This document shows, in pieces, positions 61,926 through 64,000 of a stretch of 64,000 nt of DNA. Numbering within the stretch: position 1 is the first letter of the stretch; each line of letters begins with the position of its first letter. The stretch is from Lingula anatina (taxonomy: Eukaryota > Animalia > Brachiopoda): NCBI GenBank assembly GCA_051362555.1, contig CM120640.1, positions 17,360,001-17,424,000 of the forward strand. The letters run 5' to 3'. Made by a program: the position numbers and the translations under genes. The notes beneath the pieces are model-generated. The model saw only the letters and a program-made list of their open reading frames with translations. It ran no database searches and was not told where the DNA came from.

Positions 61926-62738
61926 ATGCTGAACTATATACGTATTCCAATTACATTAAGCTCTATAAAATTATGAGTACTGCCAACATGTGTGTGTATG
62001 ATATTTCAATGAAATGATTTTTTTATCAACAATATCATGCTTGCAGAATACCCACTCTGATTCTGATCCAGCATTGTTGACTTAATCATTGCGGTCTACC
62101 ACAACTATACCCACACTGGTAACAAAATATGATGGAGTACCACGTGTAATCTACTTTAATAAAGCAATAGTACATGTGAGTCCATGCATTTCCAAGATAA
62201 CACAAATATGTGGAAACAACCAGAATGTACAGATCATATGTAAATATATATATTGACATGTGCGTACTATGAGCTAATAATAATTACTGACCAATAATGC
62301 TGCATTTATACTGTTTAAAGACTGGGGACTTACGAGATGCTCCCCCCCCCCCTCCCCATGTCATGATGTATCACAAATGTACACATATTACAATAAAAAA
62401 TTAAATTTTGAATTCCCTCATCTCTGGTGTTGTTCATATCTGCATGCTACTGCAGTGTTATAAATACTAAGTTAAAAGTAACTGCACATTACTGCACTTG
62501 GTCTGCTGATACATGCTTTCATATGCTTTTAACAATAATTTGTTGGTAACTTGCCAAAAAAATAGGCTGCCAAAAATGTGTGCAATTATCTCAAAGTGAA
62601 TATTCTTTTATTGGTGCAGTCTATATTCATTAATAATATATACTTCAACCAGATGGAGACACAGCAGTTTTTGCCCAACTGCATGGAAGTTGACTTCCAT
62701 CTTGTCAGCCATAGGCCATCAAACTGTTTCTAAGATGA

Positions 62739-62986
62739 CAGGGGCGTAACCAGACCTTTAAAAATTGTACGCACTTGTATTTCTTTACTGGGGGGAGGGG
62801 GGAGGGCAGAACAATTGTGCCTTTACAATTGATACAGAGGATTTGTACATACAGGTGACTTTAATAAGCAGAGGATTTTCTTTTATATTCCGTGAAAAAT
62901 ACACTAAATTTATATAAAATAATATCATGGTTGGCCAAAAAATTGTATGCACAGTGCATCCGTGCGTATGCCTAGTTACGCCCATG
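62739..62986. mobile_element. 248-bp MITE with a CAGGGGCGTAAC TIR and a 5-bp TSD (hAT5-like)
   Basis: gatga|caggggcgtaacc ... agttacgcccatg|gatga. Confidence 0.88.
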
Positions 62987-64000
62987 GATGAGGGTGCAAG
63001 ATCTTTATATTATTGTGTGTCTTCCTCAAGGTGTCCTTTAAAACTCTCATTGCACTATTGAGCTGTTTTCAAAGATTCAGGATTACTTCCAAAGTGGATG
63101 GTTTCCATTCGAAAAACATTCCAATTCCAAACCTCTTACCCCCAATTGCTTTGATAATTGTCATGTGACCTTCTCAAGAGACCTCTACATTTCCCTTAGC
63201 TTATATCCCTTAGATTTGTGGGGATATGTCATTACGGCAAATGTGATTTTTGTACACAATACTATCTGGAAATTATCCAGAAATGATCCATGACAATCTT
63301 GAAATAGTAGAAAGGAAAAAGAAAATGAAAATTAAGTCAAGCATACCAGAAAGTTAGCATATGGCAATTGATATTAAAAGATGGATAAGATTGAATTGGT
63401 CTGATTTGCAATTGCTTGACTGTATTATGTTTATGATGAGAACGATAACATTTTGCCATTTATTTATGTCCATTATAGCAACCATTTATTATTTGCAAAA
63501 GAATAAGCATGGCAACTTGATAATCATTACTATAATAATCATTCTATTCAAAATTAAGAGAACATTTTACATAGATTATTTCTTTGCATGAATGAATGAC
63601 TTTATTCCCTGACAAAACGGATCCAGGCAGCATTTGTGCCATCAACAGTCACACATAAGTCTTTTTTTTCTCTCTATTTTTTTCTATAGCCATGATCAAT
63701 TTCCCCTTTAGGGAGTTGGTTTTAATGGCTTAGCATTGCAGCTCATGAACAACAATGCCATTCTGTGATGCTTCTAGATGATCAATTAACTACCTGAGTT
63801 CTAGAGCATGGCATTAACATACAGTGCCCAGTTGAGTGATATGACATTACAGATATGGTTGTGGCCTTGATAGCCATTGTTGTTAACGTGCAGTTGTTTT
63901 ATGCTCAGAAGCACAGCATGCCGAGTTTCCTGGTTCAAAGTTGTTGTCACACTGACATGTTGTTCTTTTGGTTAAAGGTAATCAACACTTTTGAAGTGAG

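Overview
AT-rich, intron-rich animal genomic DNA, not prokaryotic. It is probably a marine invertebrate or lophotrochozoan; that is an inference from gene structure and transposon types. I reconstructed five spliced protein-coding genes by hand from GT-AG boundaries and reading-frame phase: (1) the 3' part of a MICAL F-actin monooxygenase (+, <1-22079); (2) neutral sphingomyelinase SMPD2 (-, 23779-27201); (3) ArfGAP2/3 (-, 34976-43540); (4) AMN1 (+, 43637-47172), head-to-head with ArfGAP with only 96 bp between the ATGs; (5) a Ca2+-type synaptotagmin of the SYT6/9/10-like class (-, 54288-59610). Repeats include two copies of a Helentron/HINE-like element, MITEs with TA, TTA and 5-bp target-site duplications (TSDs), a 34-35 bp G-rich minisatellite and a decayed RTE LINE. 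The most unusual structure is in the MICAL linker: an array of frame-preserving phase-2 exons in which large acidic exons alternate with four homologous short exons. These short exons share a peptide motif and paired donor contexts, and two share an identical 17-nt intronic element. There is also a 27-nt micro-exon inside the Rab-binding domain. All exon calls are predictions without transcript support.
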